64,000 bases of DNA. Origin: Antedon mediterranea. Taxonomy: Eukaryota > Animalia > Echinodermata. A program made the position numbers and the translations under genes. The notes beneath the pieces are model-generated. The model was not told the DNA's origin, did no database searches, and saw nothing but the letters and a program-made list of their open reading frames with translations. Shown here piece after piece: positions 12,105 through 23,952 of the stretch. The number at the start of each line of letters is the position of its first letter. Within the stretch, counting starts at the first letter, position 1. Where the stretch lies: NCBI RefSeq assembly GCF_964355755.1, contig NC_092675.1:10721812-10785811 (forward strand), read 5' to 3'.

Positions 12105-12827
12105 CTGTTTATAAAATAGGTTATCATTAAAGGAAATAGGTCTTTGTTTATCCGTGTGTGTTTATATGATTATTTTTCAAAAATATCAGTTTCCAGGTAG
12201 CGAGCATCTACAATGTATGGGCCCAATGTTCTTGCTCATATTATTATCTATCATAGTTATAATCTTCATGTTTTATTCAGATGTTGTCATCATGTTAAAA
12301 ATTAGAATATAGATAGGTTCTATAATTTCACCTATGTTGCACTGTGTATACTATACAATATATCCTGCATACAACACATAACAGTATGAAACACATTCTA
12401 AAGAGGATCCATCTTGTTTCTAAGTGCCCAATTTCAAGAATAATAATTCATAAATGTTATCTTGTTATTAATATTGATGACGTCATTTCTGTATGTTTAA
12501 AATACGCTACACTAATACAGTAGTATATTCAGTATAACATATCTCCATAACACAATTCAGCACTATAAAACATATTTACTTCAGGTAATCGGAAATGTTC
12601 ATGCATACAGTATTTCGATGTGTATGTTACACGGTGTGCATTATGCGGATAACCTAAACTCACTACGATGATGAATTCAAATCCAGTTTGTTTTGTTATT
12701 TTAGAGCTGCAACTTTTTGTTTCTTTGACAAAAATGTCAAAAGTGTTTTTACCCCAATGATTATGTTATTTTTAAGCATAGCACCTTCTGTTGTTTATAA
12801 CAATGTAGTACAACTTATATTAAATAC

Positions 12828-12962
12828 CTGGTGTAAGAATAAGTAATTCATTAAGGTCAGACGTAGCTTGAAGTATTGATGACAGGGTCTGTTGGTTGGT
12901 TAACCAAGTTATTGTACTAACAGCAGTATTCATGTAAAGATCATCTAACGTTTTAAAGGTAT
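12828..12962 (-). CDS. CCDC171: CCDC171 exon 19
   Basis: 135 nt, phase 1-1; TITWLTNQQTLSSILQATSDLNELL. Confidence 0.85.
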
Positions 12963-13389
12963 CTGTCAAAAAATAATTTACTTTAAATATTAAAACAATA
13001 CAAATTCATAACATATTCAATCAAAATTATAAAACACAAAGTAAAATAAGTTGTACTAACACATCTCCATTCAGGTTTTTTTCTCTAAATATATTTTAAA
13101 GTATGACTAAACAAATGATGCGAACAAATTTAAACAAAAATCTTATAGTTTCAATGTCTGTATCAGGAATGGCATTCAACATTGATCCATATAGTAATAT
13201 ACAACTGAATATAATTTATGTATTATATACATTATTACATACTGCAATCAATCGCAATTATTTAAAATGATGCCATATTAAAAAAATTAGGGTTTCCATG
13301 CATTTCATCTTTAACATGTATTGTATCAAACCCTATAGTCTACTATTGACTGAAAAAACAATATACAGTATATAGATATCAACCTTTAC

Positions 13390-13490
13390 CTTGTTTTGAT
13401 GGCAAACAAACAGGAGAGCTAACACCAGATGGCATGAGGTTACATTTCGCCATAAATAAATACCGACTCGGTTTTCTTAGGCGATTTAAT
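13390..13490 (-). CDS. CCDC171: CCDC171 exon 18
   Basis: 101 nt, phase 2-1; LNRLRKPSRYLF... Confidence 0.85.
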
Positions 13491-13643
13491 CTATTAAAAC
13501 ACAAAATTGAAAGATTCATTTAAGATTGATCAATTTTACAGTATGTTGTTTTCCAAAATAATTCTACTACATGCAGTATTTCATCTTTTCTAATGAAAAA
13601 GCACTGGAAAACAAATCTTGTTTTTAATAATGTAATGTATTAC

Positions 13644-14017
13644 CTATTGGCTGCAATGACTGCAATAGCACAGGTCCTAAATTTCATCAGCATACTCATA
13701 TCCCCATGACAAGACATCTCCTGATTTTCCTCAAGAGAAAGAGTACGGACAAGCTCTAATACCTTCTCCTTGATAACATATGTATCAATTAACCGATTCT
13801 CAAGGATGTTTCGCTGAATAATAAGCTGCTTAGTCCGTCTGCATAAAGGTATGTATGCGCCTATGAGCAGACAGCAAGAAGCCAACAGGCTAGTTTTTAC
13901 AACATTGGATTTGTCTACAGCCTTGTGTAGCTGTTTGCATTCAGATTCAAGTCCTTCGTTTATTGTGCTTAGCAGCCGAACTTTCTCCCAGGCTTGGTCA
14001 GCTAGGCCTTGTGTTTT
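13644..14017 (-). CDS. CCDC171: CCDC171 exon 17
   Basis: 374 nt; SLLASCCLLIGAYIPL...KFRTCAIAVIAANR matches 'LLAACALMAGALYPL...FRKGVIAVLAANR'. Confidence 0.95.
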
Positions 14018-14683
14018 CTAATGAAAACAATTTTGTTTAATTATTGATTACAAAGTTAATTTTTATAAATCGCTACTCTAGTGCTTAAAATTGCATGTTA
14101 TCGTACAATTTGGCCAAAAAAGAACCATTCTGCTTGTGTTCAGATTTGGTTAAATGTCATATCATTCCTCTTCAACGGCATTATGTCGTCTACAAAACCG
14201 AAATGCCAACTGGAGTACTATCAAAGACAATAACTAGAGACATACTTGAAGCAAGTCCAACTTCAGTGTCATAATTAACACAATTTATAAAAAGGTCCTA
14301 CATAAACATACAGTATATGGTAATTTAAGTTTATAGTCTTACAAGTTGTCTGTGTTTTTTCCTAAGCAGTATGATGGGTGTGCATAGCAGTTTCTCGAAT
14401 AATTGTGGTGTTAACAATCATTGGCTCTGCTCTGTGTTATTCAATGCCCAAAACAAAGCTACTACTTAAGCCTCAGTACAAGACCTAGTTTAGATTGTTT
14501 TCCATCCTGTATATTGTTGAGTGACGTGCTTGTTGTCACACTTTTTCTTACAAATTAATGTGATCGTAACCATCTTATTCTATATGTCAGTATTATGAAT
14601 ATGTTTATGAGAAATATTACCAATATTTATAATTTCTCAAAAAGCATAAGTACAAATTACACGCATAAATTAATTTGCTTTAC

Positions 14684-14872
14684 CCTTGATTTGATCTGGA
14701 GTTGCTCAAAGATGTTTGTGTATCTTTTTTCAACATCCTCATTTTCTTTTTTCATTCTCTTACTTCTCTCTTCTCCTGACATTGTTGCTTGTTGTAAACT
14801 CTGTCCATGCTCTTCATGTAATGTTTGTATTTTAAGATCCTTCATACGCAACGATGATTCAAGATCATTTAC
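14684..14872 (-). CDS. CCDC171: CCDC171 exon 16
   Basis: 189 nt, phase 0-0, coiled-coil VNDLESSLRMKD... Confidence 0.88.
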
Positions 14873-15053
14873 CTACAAAAAAAGACATCAATTGCAGAGT
14901 AGGGCATCATATATTGCACCTATACCTCTGTTCATACAATCTGCTGTACACCAGTTCCCAGTGAATAGAATAAAGTACATTCACTATTGAACTTTAAACG
15001 ACAACGATATAAATCGAACAACATTACATTTTTTTGTATTACATTACAATTAC

Positions 15054-15212
15054 CTTTTCTTTTTCTGTCTTCAACAAGTTTATCAGTAATAGTACTTGAT
15101 CATGAATAGCAATACTAAGGTCATTCCAACTGAATGAACTCAATATGGGCTCATTTGGATGTATCCCTGCTACCATTCGCTGATACAGACAATGAAGGTA
15201 CAACCGTTTACT
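15054..15212 (-). CDS. CCDC171: CCDC171 exon 15
   Basis: 159 nt; LYLHCLYQRMVAG...FSWNDL matches 'FLHTLYQHLVAG...FSWSEL'. Confidence 0.92.
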
Positions 15213-16110
15213 CTTTAAAAGTAAAACAATATTAAATTATAGCTTCCTTACATCAATGTCTGTGAAATTATCAATAGTTCCTACCTGTAGTTCCTTATTC
15301 AATTCCATTAAATGTTATTTCAATCTTTTTAGAAGGCTTTAAGGCAAATTAGGTCACTGGGTCACAGTCAAAGTGTCAACAAATTATACTAAAATCGCAT
15401 TAATTATATATATATATAATTTATATATTTTTTTTTTAAATGCATGTCCCTTGAATTGAATAAGATTTAGGAACTAGTAGCTTCATACACATGATCAATA
15501 AAAGAAATTTATTACATGAATAAATAAACATAATCATAGCTATTTGGAAATCTGTGAAAGTTGCTATCCTGGGACAGACCTGTTATTTAAATTAAATTTA
15601 CTTTTCAAAATGCTGCAAGAATAGCATCTTTCTTGGAAAATTGGAAGGGAAAAAAGGTCATGCAGAGTGTAATGTTACTTTATAATCTCACCATTCAACA
15701 AGTATAAAACATTCATTACACACCTACAGTTATAAAATAAACTTGTATTTAATTTATCCATCGTAGATCATTGATGAAAGCTAGGCCGGGAAGCTAGGCC
15801 ATTCAAAAAGGCGGTTCTCCAACAGTTATAAACAGGGCGTGATACTGGTTCATTTTTGCACAAATTCTCAAAATGTTTACAAAAAGGTGAATGTACATAA
15901 GAACCATAATTAACATCATTTTTCTAGTAGGTAGAATTTTTTGTTTTTTTTGTTTTTGTTTTTATTGATTTTCCACACAAAATGAATATGATAACAAGTA
16001 ACAACAAACATATATATACAAGAATAGAACTAATATGCAATGCATAATTAAATGAATGCATTTTAAACTAGACTTCTTGACTTCCAGCTGCTTTTAAACA
16101 CAAAAATTAC

Positions 16111-16311
16111 CTCTTCACTTTCAATTGACTCTTTATTTCTGTCATGAAGTTCTTGTGCCAGCAACGTAAATTGACTTCGTTCATCTTGACACATTTTAGA
16201 TGTCTTTTTCAAATCTCCTTTTACAGATGCTAACTGGACATCAGATTCACGACACTTGTTTTTTAATTGCTCCGTCTCTTTACTGGTCTTTCTAAGCTTT
16301 TCTTGAAGTTC
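16111..16311 (-). CDS. CCDC171: CCDC171 exon 14
   Basis: 201 nt, phase 0-0, open coiled-coil frame. Confidence 0.85.
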
Positions 16312-16624
16312 CTGTTAACATTAAACAAAAAACATAATGGAAAATCTACACATAAGAGGACCAATATGAAATATGAGTGCTTTATATCATATATATTATG
16401 TTTATATCTTATATATTATGTTTAATTGCAATAGACCACGATGTCAAATGGAGCGAAAAAACTCGCAAAGACAAAGAAAACCACTGCGAATTACAACTTA
16501 AAACCACAAAACCTTTTGGACTTACCATTAGGAACATACTCCCAGATAGGTAAAATTATTCCATTGACTACCAAAATTTAAGTTTCAATATTAACCACAT
16601 TTAAGCTGTTTTTTAGTTTCATTC

Positions 16625-16920
16625 CAAAATTGTTTACCAAGCTACCTTCTTTGTTTTCTACTCTTATTCAGACTCCACCCTGCCTCCTTTTGTTGTATTT
16701 CTTTTATTCCTGTCCAGCCAGGCAGCGCTTGCCTGATATATATCTATCTATCTTGTCCAAGTACCTTCACTTGCACTGATGAAGGGCTAGTGTTGCTTGA
16801 AAGCTCTGCTAACTTTTCTGGCTGTTTTACTTTTCGTTTTGATTTAGCTTTTAGCTTTTGTTTTTGTATCTCCATTGAGATCCAGCCACTGATACCCACA
16901 GCATTGTCATTTTTTCAGTA
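16625..16920 (+). mobile_element. Penelope-like element terminal-repeat remnant
   Basis: Contains a minimal hammerhead motif of the kind typical of PLE pseudo-LTRs; boundaries approximate. Confidence 0.5.
16770..16812 (+). ncRNA. Minimal type I hammerhead ribozyme motif
   Basis: CTTGCA-CTGATGA-AGGGC tagtgtt GCTT-GAAA-GCTC-TGCTA: both core boxes, stem II, palindromic AGCT stem III, CUC site, short stem I. Confidence 0.6.
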
Positions 16921-17020
16921 ATTTGCCTTTGGATTTATATATTATGTTTATAAATATCGCTATTGAAAACCTTTGTATCTGCATTTTTTTCCTGAAACAA
17001 ACTTTTTGTACCCAATATAT

Positions 17021-17472
17021 TTGCTTCTCAATGTCTGTATTAAGTAATACTGTAATTATTACAAAAAATATAAACGTCGTAGTGGTGTATCGTTACATTT
17101 ACTTTACTATTTCAATAGACTATGACAGTGACAGTTTCAACAAAGTATGGATGATAAAGAATACATTTAAAAATTGTTCTTCTTTGCACCCATCCTCTTC
17201 CCCATCCCTAAAACGTAATGTTACATACAAAACACAAATTGGATTTGTTTAAATTTGATTCAAACAATTGGTCTCATTTTGTGCCAAGTTTCTCTTTTGG
17301 AAGTAATTCCCAGGGTGCTAATTTTAGTTGACTACAAAAATCACTGTGTCTATTTATTCGTTCCTGCACATCTGAAATTGCCAGTTTTTTTACGATGATA
17401 CTACTATGTATTCGAGATCCATCTGTGGGCATGACCTAGGTGGTACACGAGCGAAACGAGTGTACCATCTAG
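17021..17472 (+). mobile_element. Non-autonomous Helitron/Helentron-like element
   Basis: 3' hairpin TGGTACACGAGCGAAACGAGTGTACCA ending in CTAG|T; inverted relative at 41425-41981. Confidence 0.7.
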
Positions 17473-17485
17473 TTACAGTTATTAC

Positions 17486-17575
17486 CTGAACAGTGCTACT
17501 TCTTGACATGGTTATTTCTTTACACTGCTTGCATTCCTTGACCAATTTCTCATATAAATTCTTTATGTTCGAAAG
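17486..17575 (-). CDS. CCDC171: CCDC171 exon 13
   Basis: 90 nt, phase 0-0, AG/GT bounded. Confidence 0.82.
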
Positions 17576-17624
17576 CTGGAATATAATGTTATGAAGAGAA
17601 TAATCATGTTATAGTACAAAAATA

Positions 17625-18252
17625 AAAATGTCTGTACAGACTTTGTTTTGCCATTAAATGACCCAGATATAAGTTCCTAATAGCCAGCATAGAACCGCTT
17701 TGTAATTCCCAAAATCACACCTCAAAAGTATGCAAATTAGTAGTACAAGTTAAATAAAATATGCAAATAAGGTGGGGAAAATCACAGTTGTCCTATATCT
17801 CGAAAACCACTAATGCTAGAGAGTTGATTTTTTTCACAGCCGTATTCAGAATGTACATATTCCTATTTGCTCCAATGAAACATTTTACAAAAAAATAACC
17901 AAATAATTTTCATAGGCTAGGCAATTATCATTTTGAATCCATTTCTCAATATTGCATATTATAATGAAATTAAAATGTCTGTAGATACTTTGTTCTGCCC
18001 TCAAATGGCTCAGATACAAGTTTATAATAGTCAACATAAGATTGTTTAGTATATCTCAAAATCACACCTGTATCACTCACTTCAGAAGTATGTAAATTAT
18101 TAGTACAAGTTACATAAAATATGCAAATAAGGGGGTGAAATTACAGTCTTCCCATATCTCGAAAAACATTAATGCTAGAGAGTTGATTTTTACAAAGCCT
18201 TATTCAGAATGTACATATTTATATTTGCTCTAATAAAACATTTTACAAAAAA
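17625..18252. repeat. Diverged tandem duplication, ~347-bp unit x2
   Basis: 17625-~17890 realigns with ~17972-18252 (AAAATGTCTGTA...CATTTTACAAAAAAA). Confidence 0.8.
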
Positions 18253-18465
18253 AATGAAAGGCGAAAAATAACAAGATGAAACCATAACATTGTTGTTCCA
18301 AAAAATTAAAATTGTCTACGTTTGTATTTGCAGGCCATGAGGCATCTGAAATATTCACTTTTCACTGCTCGCCCCACAACTCCCGGGCACAGCTTGTTTT
18401 TTTATACCATTTGTAACCATTATCTTTAACCATTATCATGTTAGTTTTTGTTCTGAAATGCTTAC

Positions 18466-18693
18466 CTCTGACGTTTTAGAATTGAGTCGGTCTTTATAGG
18501 TCATCAATGTTGACTTAACATTTACAATAATTGATGAAAGCGTAGCTCTTTCATCTGTCTTTGGCTTGTTTTTTCTTTTTCCTGTTGGTTTTTCTGTCTT
18601 ACTTTCATGAAATTGGTAACTCTTTACAAATAACTCAAGCTCTCTCATGCATCCACCGTATGTCTCTTCTAGATAAATTTGCCTCTTCTTAGC
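18466..18693 (-). CDS. CCDC171: CCDC171 exon 12
   Basis: 228 nt; AKKRQIYLEETYGGCMRELELFVKSY. Confidence 0.9.
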
Positions 18694-18969
18694 CTAAACA
18701 TTATTCTTTACGTTTATTTACTTAATACTTAATAAAATTATAAAACAACTTTTATATTTATAAGCACTCTCATGAAACAAATGTTAGATTGATCTCTTTA
18801 GTCTACCCTGGGTAAATTAATTGGAAATGCCCATTTTGTATTCTGTGCTTCCTAGAAAAACCCCAAAAGAACAACAACAAAAAATGTCTATGTCTGATAT
18901 GCAGAATTATAATTCTGTTGATTGTTTATTTTAAATCTCAAAAATAATTTGCAATTAACATTATATAAC

Positions 18970-19108
18970 CTTTTTAAGTTCTTGCTTAAGTTCATCAAAG
19001 TTTTTTTGGTGAAGATCAATTTGAGTTGATAACTCTCCAATGACTAACTTCTTTTCCTCAAGATCTGCTACTAATTCTTTTTTGACCATTTTGTGTTCCT
19101 TTTCTACA
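18970..19108 (-). CDS. CCDC171: CCDC171 exon 11
   Basis: 139 nt, phase 2-0; DLEEKKLVIGELSTQIDLHQKNFDELKQEL. Confidence 0.88.
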
Positions 19109-19301
19109 CTAAAAATAAATAAAAAATTACAAGTAGTCAAATACTATATACTGAAACAAAACTCATATTTCATTAAAATGTTTTTATTTATTATTCCACT
19201 GTAAACTAAAATTGATAACTTTTACTGATTTACTGATTTGGGTTAATATCATTTGTTTAACACCATTCAGAAGCAAACTCTGCAAATTAGATCTAGAGTT
19301 A

Positions 19302-19480
19302 AGCGTGGTTCCCACTAGCGACGCAACACAAGGACGTAACGCAACGCAAGTGAATTGACCAATCACAAGCGATGGCTTATTCGCTTGTGATTGCTAACTG
19401 TCTATAACTTCGCTTGTCATTCGTTAAAACGCTTGCGTTGCGTTTACGTCCTTGCGTTACGTTCTAGTGGGAACCAAGCT
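19302..19480. mobile_element. PIF/Harbinger-like MITE
   Basis: ~50 bp imperfect TIRs AGCGTGGTTCCCACTAG / CTAGTGGGAACCAAGCT; flanks TTA/TCA. Confidence 0.75.
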
Positions 19481-20784
19481 TCAGATCTGATAACCTCACC
19501 TAAAGTCAAATAATCTCCAATAAATGGTTATAAACCCATGATTGATTGCAAGTTGAAATGCTATTTATTGATGCTTTCAACCTTCAAGATGCACTTTAAA
19601 TTAATTAGGCAGCTAAAATTCATAATTTAAGTAAATATTTATTTCAAGTTTTAAAGTAGTTATTTGAAATTTGGACTTTCTGCCATCAAGAACATGGAGG
19701 CAATTTATTCATTATTAAACAAATTACTTTTTACAAGTAAATGTTCAATTCTGTTTAAATAAAGTAGTAATTAACACATTTATAGTTTTAACCTAATCAA
19801 TGTTTTATCACGCACAGAAAATTTGGCGTGTAATAGCAAACTGAACATAAATAAAAATCACCCTAACACCCAAATGTACTGAGTAAAAACCCTAATAATC
19901 TCTTGCACTCTTGCCAATTTTTATTTCATGTCTTGTTGCATGAAGTGCTAGCACCCTCTATGAGAACATGGCATGATATTGTTGGTGTATAAGTGAACTG
20001 TTCCATTTGGGTATAGTGTTTTCTAATAATAACGTTTTAATCATACATTTAAGCAGTTAAGAAACTAATTTTAGGATTTTTTATGATTGATCATACTTCA
20101 TAGATTAAAAACCAAGTGTAATTTTTTGTGTATTGCGCACAGCTCGTACAAAGCGTAGAAAAATGATGTTTGCAATTGATTTTTGTTTTTCATACGTTCT
20201 GTAGTAAGTAGATTTCATTCATTTTGATTAACTTTTATTGCAAATTAACAACGCACGTTAAACTTTAGAAATCGTGTGCTAAAGAATAGCAAAGAATGCA
20301 AATTTGTTAACAAATATACTTATATTTATTCAGTTGCTCCTCAAGATGGCTGGTTACCCTCATTTTTTAAAATGAATTCATATAAAAATGTTGTCTATCT
20401 GAAGTCATCATATGGGCAGTTGAATTCAAAAAGTAAGATTTTCATCTATTTCGTAAAAGTTCAACGCGTTTAAAATTGAGCGCATCTCAGTTTTTCAGTA
20501 CCCAAAATTCTTCAATTTATATTAATGAAATTATTTAGATAATTATCTTTAAAAAATAGTTACCTTTATATGTCTATTTGATGATGTCATCGTGTTAATA
20601 ATTGGATTTAAAAGATGGGTCTCGTAATTTCATCTATGCTACGCTGTATATAACATATACGGTACAGTGTATTCTGTAAATACTGTAATATTCTGTCAGC
20701 ACTGTAAACATATTTAATTCATGTCATACTCATAGGATGGCATAATAATTGTCGGCATTCATTTTTTAATGATGTGCATGTTGC

Positions 20785-21136
20785 GTTTGCGCGGACAACC
20801 AGAATTCGTCAAAGTGACAGGTTCAAATCTAGTTCTTCTTTCTTGCTTTTTTGTGTGTCACGTTTCACGAAAAACGTGTAAACAGAACAAATCGTAACCT
20901 TGTCAACATATGGAAAATTATGTGAAGTTGTGCACCTCCTATTTTTGAATGACGTCAGAATTACGAAACGTGACTAATGCGCGATTTTTGAATTTCGTCT
21001 ATTTAACATAGATTGAAAACCATATAACAATTTAAATTGAAACTTAGCAAAAGTGTAATTTATATCTTAAACTAACTTCTGTGGAAAGTCATGAGCGGAT
21101 AACTAACTCGTCAAAGTGACGAGTTCAAGTCTAGTT
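20785..21136 (+). mobile_element. Helentron/HINE-like element, partial tandem
   Basis: Two copies of the 3' end GCGGA.AAC...TCGTCAAAGTGAC(G)AG.TTCAA.TCTAGTT at ~20790-20835 and ~21095-21136. Confidence 0.55.
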
Positions 21137-21193
21137 AATATTTGATTTAACTTTTTTGCATTTAGTACTATGAATATATTTACATGTGTATTT

Positions 21194-21965
21194 GAATTCG
21201 ATCCAACTCGGCCCTAAACCGTCTCGGCCAAAGTCAAGTCGGCCCCTAGTCAAGTCGGCCCCTAGTCAAGTCGGTCCCCTAGCCAAGTTGGTCCCTAGCC
21301 AAGTCGGTCCCCTAGCCAAGTCGGTCCCTAGCCAAGTCGCCCCCTAGTCAAGTCGACCCCAAGTCAGCTCGGCCCGAAGTCAACTCGGACTCAAGTCAAA
21401 TCGACCTCATGTCAACTCGGCCAAAAACTAAGCGGTCAACTCGGCCCCCTTAAAGTATGGAACACAAAAAGCGAAGCGAATTGATAAAAGAATGAAACAA
21501 TTTTAAATACATTATACATTTTTTATAAACATTTTTATTTTACTGTTTATTAATTAATCTAATAATATCTATTTAGGCCTATTAGGTCTATAATATCCAA
21601 GAATATTTCGATTCATTCTGTAAGCATCCTTCTTGTATCAAAATATAGTGCCGGCCTAGCTATACCATATTATTACTGTGAGACTAATATCACAACTAAT
21701 AACAATATATTAATATATATATAAAGGGCCTACCTATCAATGAAATGAAAAACGACCGAGTGTGTTATAATTATATTGAATTTTTTAAAATTTTGTCTAG
21801 GCCTAGGCCTATGTGTAAGCCTAACCTTACTAATTCTGTAATTATAATTATAACTATTTTTGCGTTCCATACTTTAATTGGGCCAAGTTGACTGATTAGT
21901 TTTTGGCTGAGTTGGCTTGAGGCCGAGTTGGCTTGAGGCCGTGATGACGTGAGGCCGAGATGAGT
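21194..21965. mobile_element. MULE/foldback-like MITE, same family as 3645-4347, with expanded 16-17 bp subterminal array
   Basis: More than 10 tandem CTAGTCAAGTCGGCCCC-type units at 21230-21450, inverted units at 21880-21960, shared AAAGTATGGAAC.CAAA motif. Confidence 0.75.
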
Positions 21966-22095
21966 AAATTTGAGAATTCTTAAAATTGGGGTTTGTAAAT
22001 TGAAGGTTTCTAGTGTATGTCGAATTCGGCAAAGTATTCATCATCATATTTTAACTAAATTTCTGAATATAGTATAAATAAAGTGTAAATCATAC

Positions 22096-22161
22096 CTGTT
22101 GAGCTTATTCTTGGTTTCATTTCCCTTTTCTAACTCTTTATCATAAAGTAACTTTATTTCA
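22096..22161 (-). CDS. CCDC171: CCDC171 exon 10
   Basis: 66 nt, phase 2-2; EIKLLYDKELEKGNETKNKLN. Confidence 0.85.
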
Positions 22162-22892
22162 CTGTAAAAAATAAAAAACATACTGTCACAACATAAGTTG
22201 AATTTATGTTTATAGAATAGAGGCATTTTATATATTCAGTCTCAAAATTATTATATATTTTACAATTCCTTTCTATAAGTTTGTGCAAATGTATCTATTA
22301 ACTGAGTTACCAGTCTATCCACCTCTCATAAATGATCGCCTTTGTGAAAACGGCGATCCTGGGGCGGATCCAGACATTTTTGAGAGGGGGGGTCCGCCGA
22401 TGAAAAGGGCACATCAGATATTGAGTATTTGAGCCACAGCCCCCCCATGGTGGGGGTTGTGGCGAAGCGAATTTTGTTACAGGACACACTTAGATGGCCG
22501 GAAATGGCACTCTCGCACGCAAAATCCATGATAAATGGCACCTTTCTAGTTCGCCGGAAATGACACTTTGCAGGGATAACGATGCAAAATTAAAAGTTGT
22601 TATTTTTCAACCAATTTAAACATTATCTGTTGGTATTTTGTTTCAATATTCCAATAAAGAAAGAATTACGAAAATCTGACTTGTAGTTTTCGAAAGATAG
22701 GGTCTAAAACATTGCCGAAAATGATCGTTTTTAGCCACGAACGTTGTAAACAAATTGCGCCATTTTTCGCTAAAATAATTACATATAATTACGTTTTATA
22801 GTAATTTCTTTTATATATCAACATTGGAAATATCAATAAAATATGTTATTAAATGTTTATAAAATATATAGAGTTGTTTATTTAACGGAATT

Positions 22893-23952
22893 CAGGGCCG
22901 TAGCCAGGATCTGTCAAGGGGGGGTTCGCACACTAAGTATTTGGGTCACCCCCACCCCCATACCTACCCCTCCCCCTCCCCCGGGGTGGGGCCTGAGGCG
23001 AAGCAAATGACACCCCTAGATGGCCGGAAAAGACACTCTCATGCAGCATGCTACCAATGAGCAAAACGTTCGTACTTGGACTCGTGGACTATTTAAACGA
23101 TAACATTTGTTGCCGTATGTTAGATGCGCGTGCTCTGTGCGGAGCCGCCGATTGTTTGATCATTTACTCGATATTTTGTTTTGCGTTCAAGTTCAATGCG
23201 AACGTACGTCTAGGAGAAGCCCCGAAAAAAGCACACTGGGTGAAGGCAAATGCAATTCTTATTATAGCTCTATCTATAATATTTATTTACAGCAATTTGT
23301 TGAGGAAATTAAATATGCCAATGTAAATAGGTGATATTGATACATTGAGTACGTATCGGCTGGTGGTCTAGAAAAAAATAATCGGATGCCATAATGTGAA
23401 CTACAGTACATGATACCATAGATATTATAGTGTAAAATATTAATATTCACTATAATCCTCTATGATACATTATACTTCATAGCCACACATAAATACTGAT
23501 GTATGTCGGAAGGCTATATACTTTATGCATGCTGCCTGACTGCCAGTGATCTAAACAATTGGTACGCAGTTGTCTGGCCCGGTGTCCTTTGTACGAATCG
23601 TTCGTCCCCCAGCTCGCTGTGAGGCGCGTCAATATCATGTTACATGCAGGGACCAAACATTTATTTTTCAGGTTAAAATCCGCAATTCATTTGCAACTCT
23701 TTACAGACTATATCGCTCGAAGTACGCTCATACAGGGAAGAAGGTACTGTATGAGTTATTCCGAACGAGTTTACAATTTTTTTAATATACGAACAACTTT
23801 TTGTACTGTGGGGCACGTATTTGGACGATTTTCGTAGATGAGGGTGAGGTATTGGGCATGTCGGGGATGGGGGTTCGCAGTCGGTTAAGGGGGGGTTCGC
23901 TGTAAAGGGGGGGTTCGCCCGAACCATAAAAACCCCCCTGGCTACGGGCCTG
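22893..23952. mobile_element. hAT-like MITE with 5-bp TSD
   Basis: TIR CAGGGCCGTAGCCAGG / CCTGGCTACGGGCCTG; GAATT at 22888-22892 and 23953-23957. Confidence 0.8.

Noticed and set aside
14595-14990. 131-aa plus-strand ORF
   Set aside because: Antisense to CCDC171 exon 16 plus intron; composition reflects the reverse complement of coiled-coil codons
21230-21450. Regular short repeats suggesting CRISPR or an iteron array
   Set aside because: Head-to-tail 16-17 bp units without unique spacers; they are subterminal repeats of a MITE family also present at 3645-4347
22307-22541. Matching ORFs here and at 36823-37092 suggesting a duplicated small gene
   Set aside because: Both are the same non-coding transposon end read in arbitrary frames
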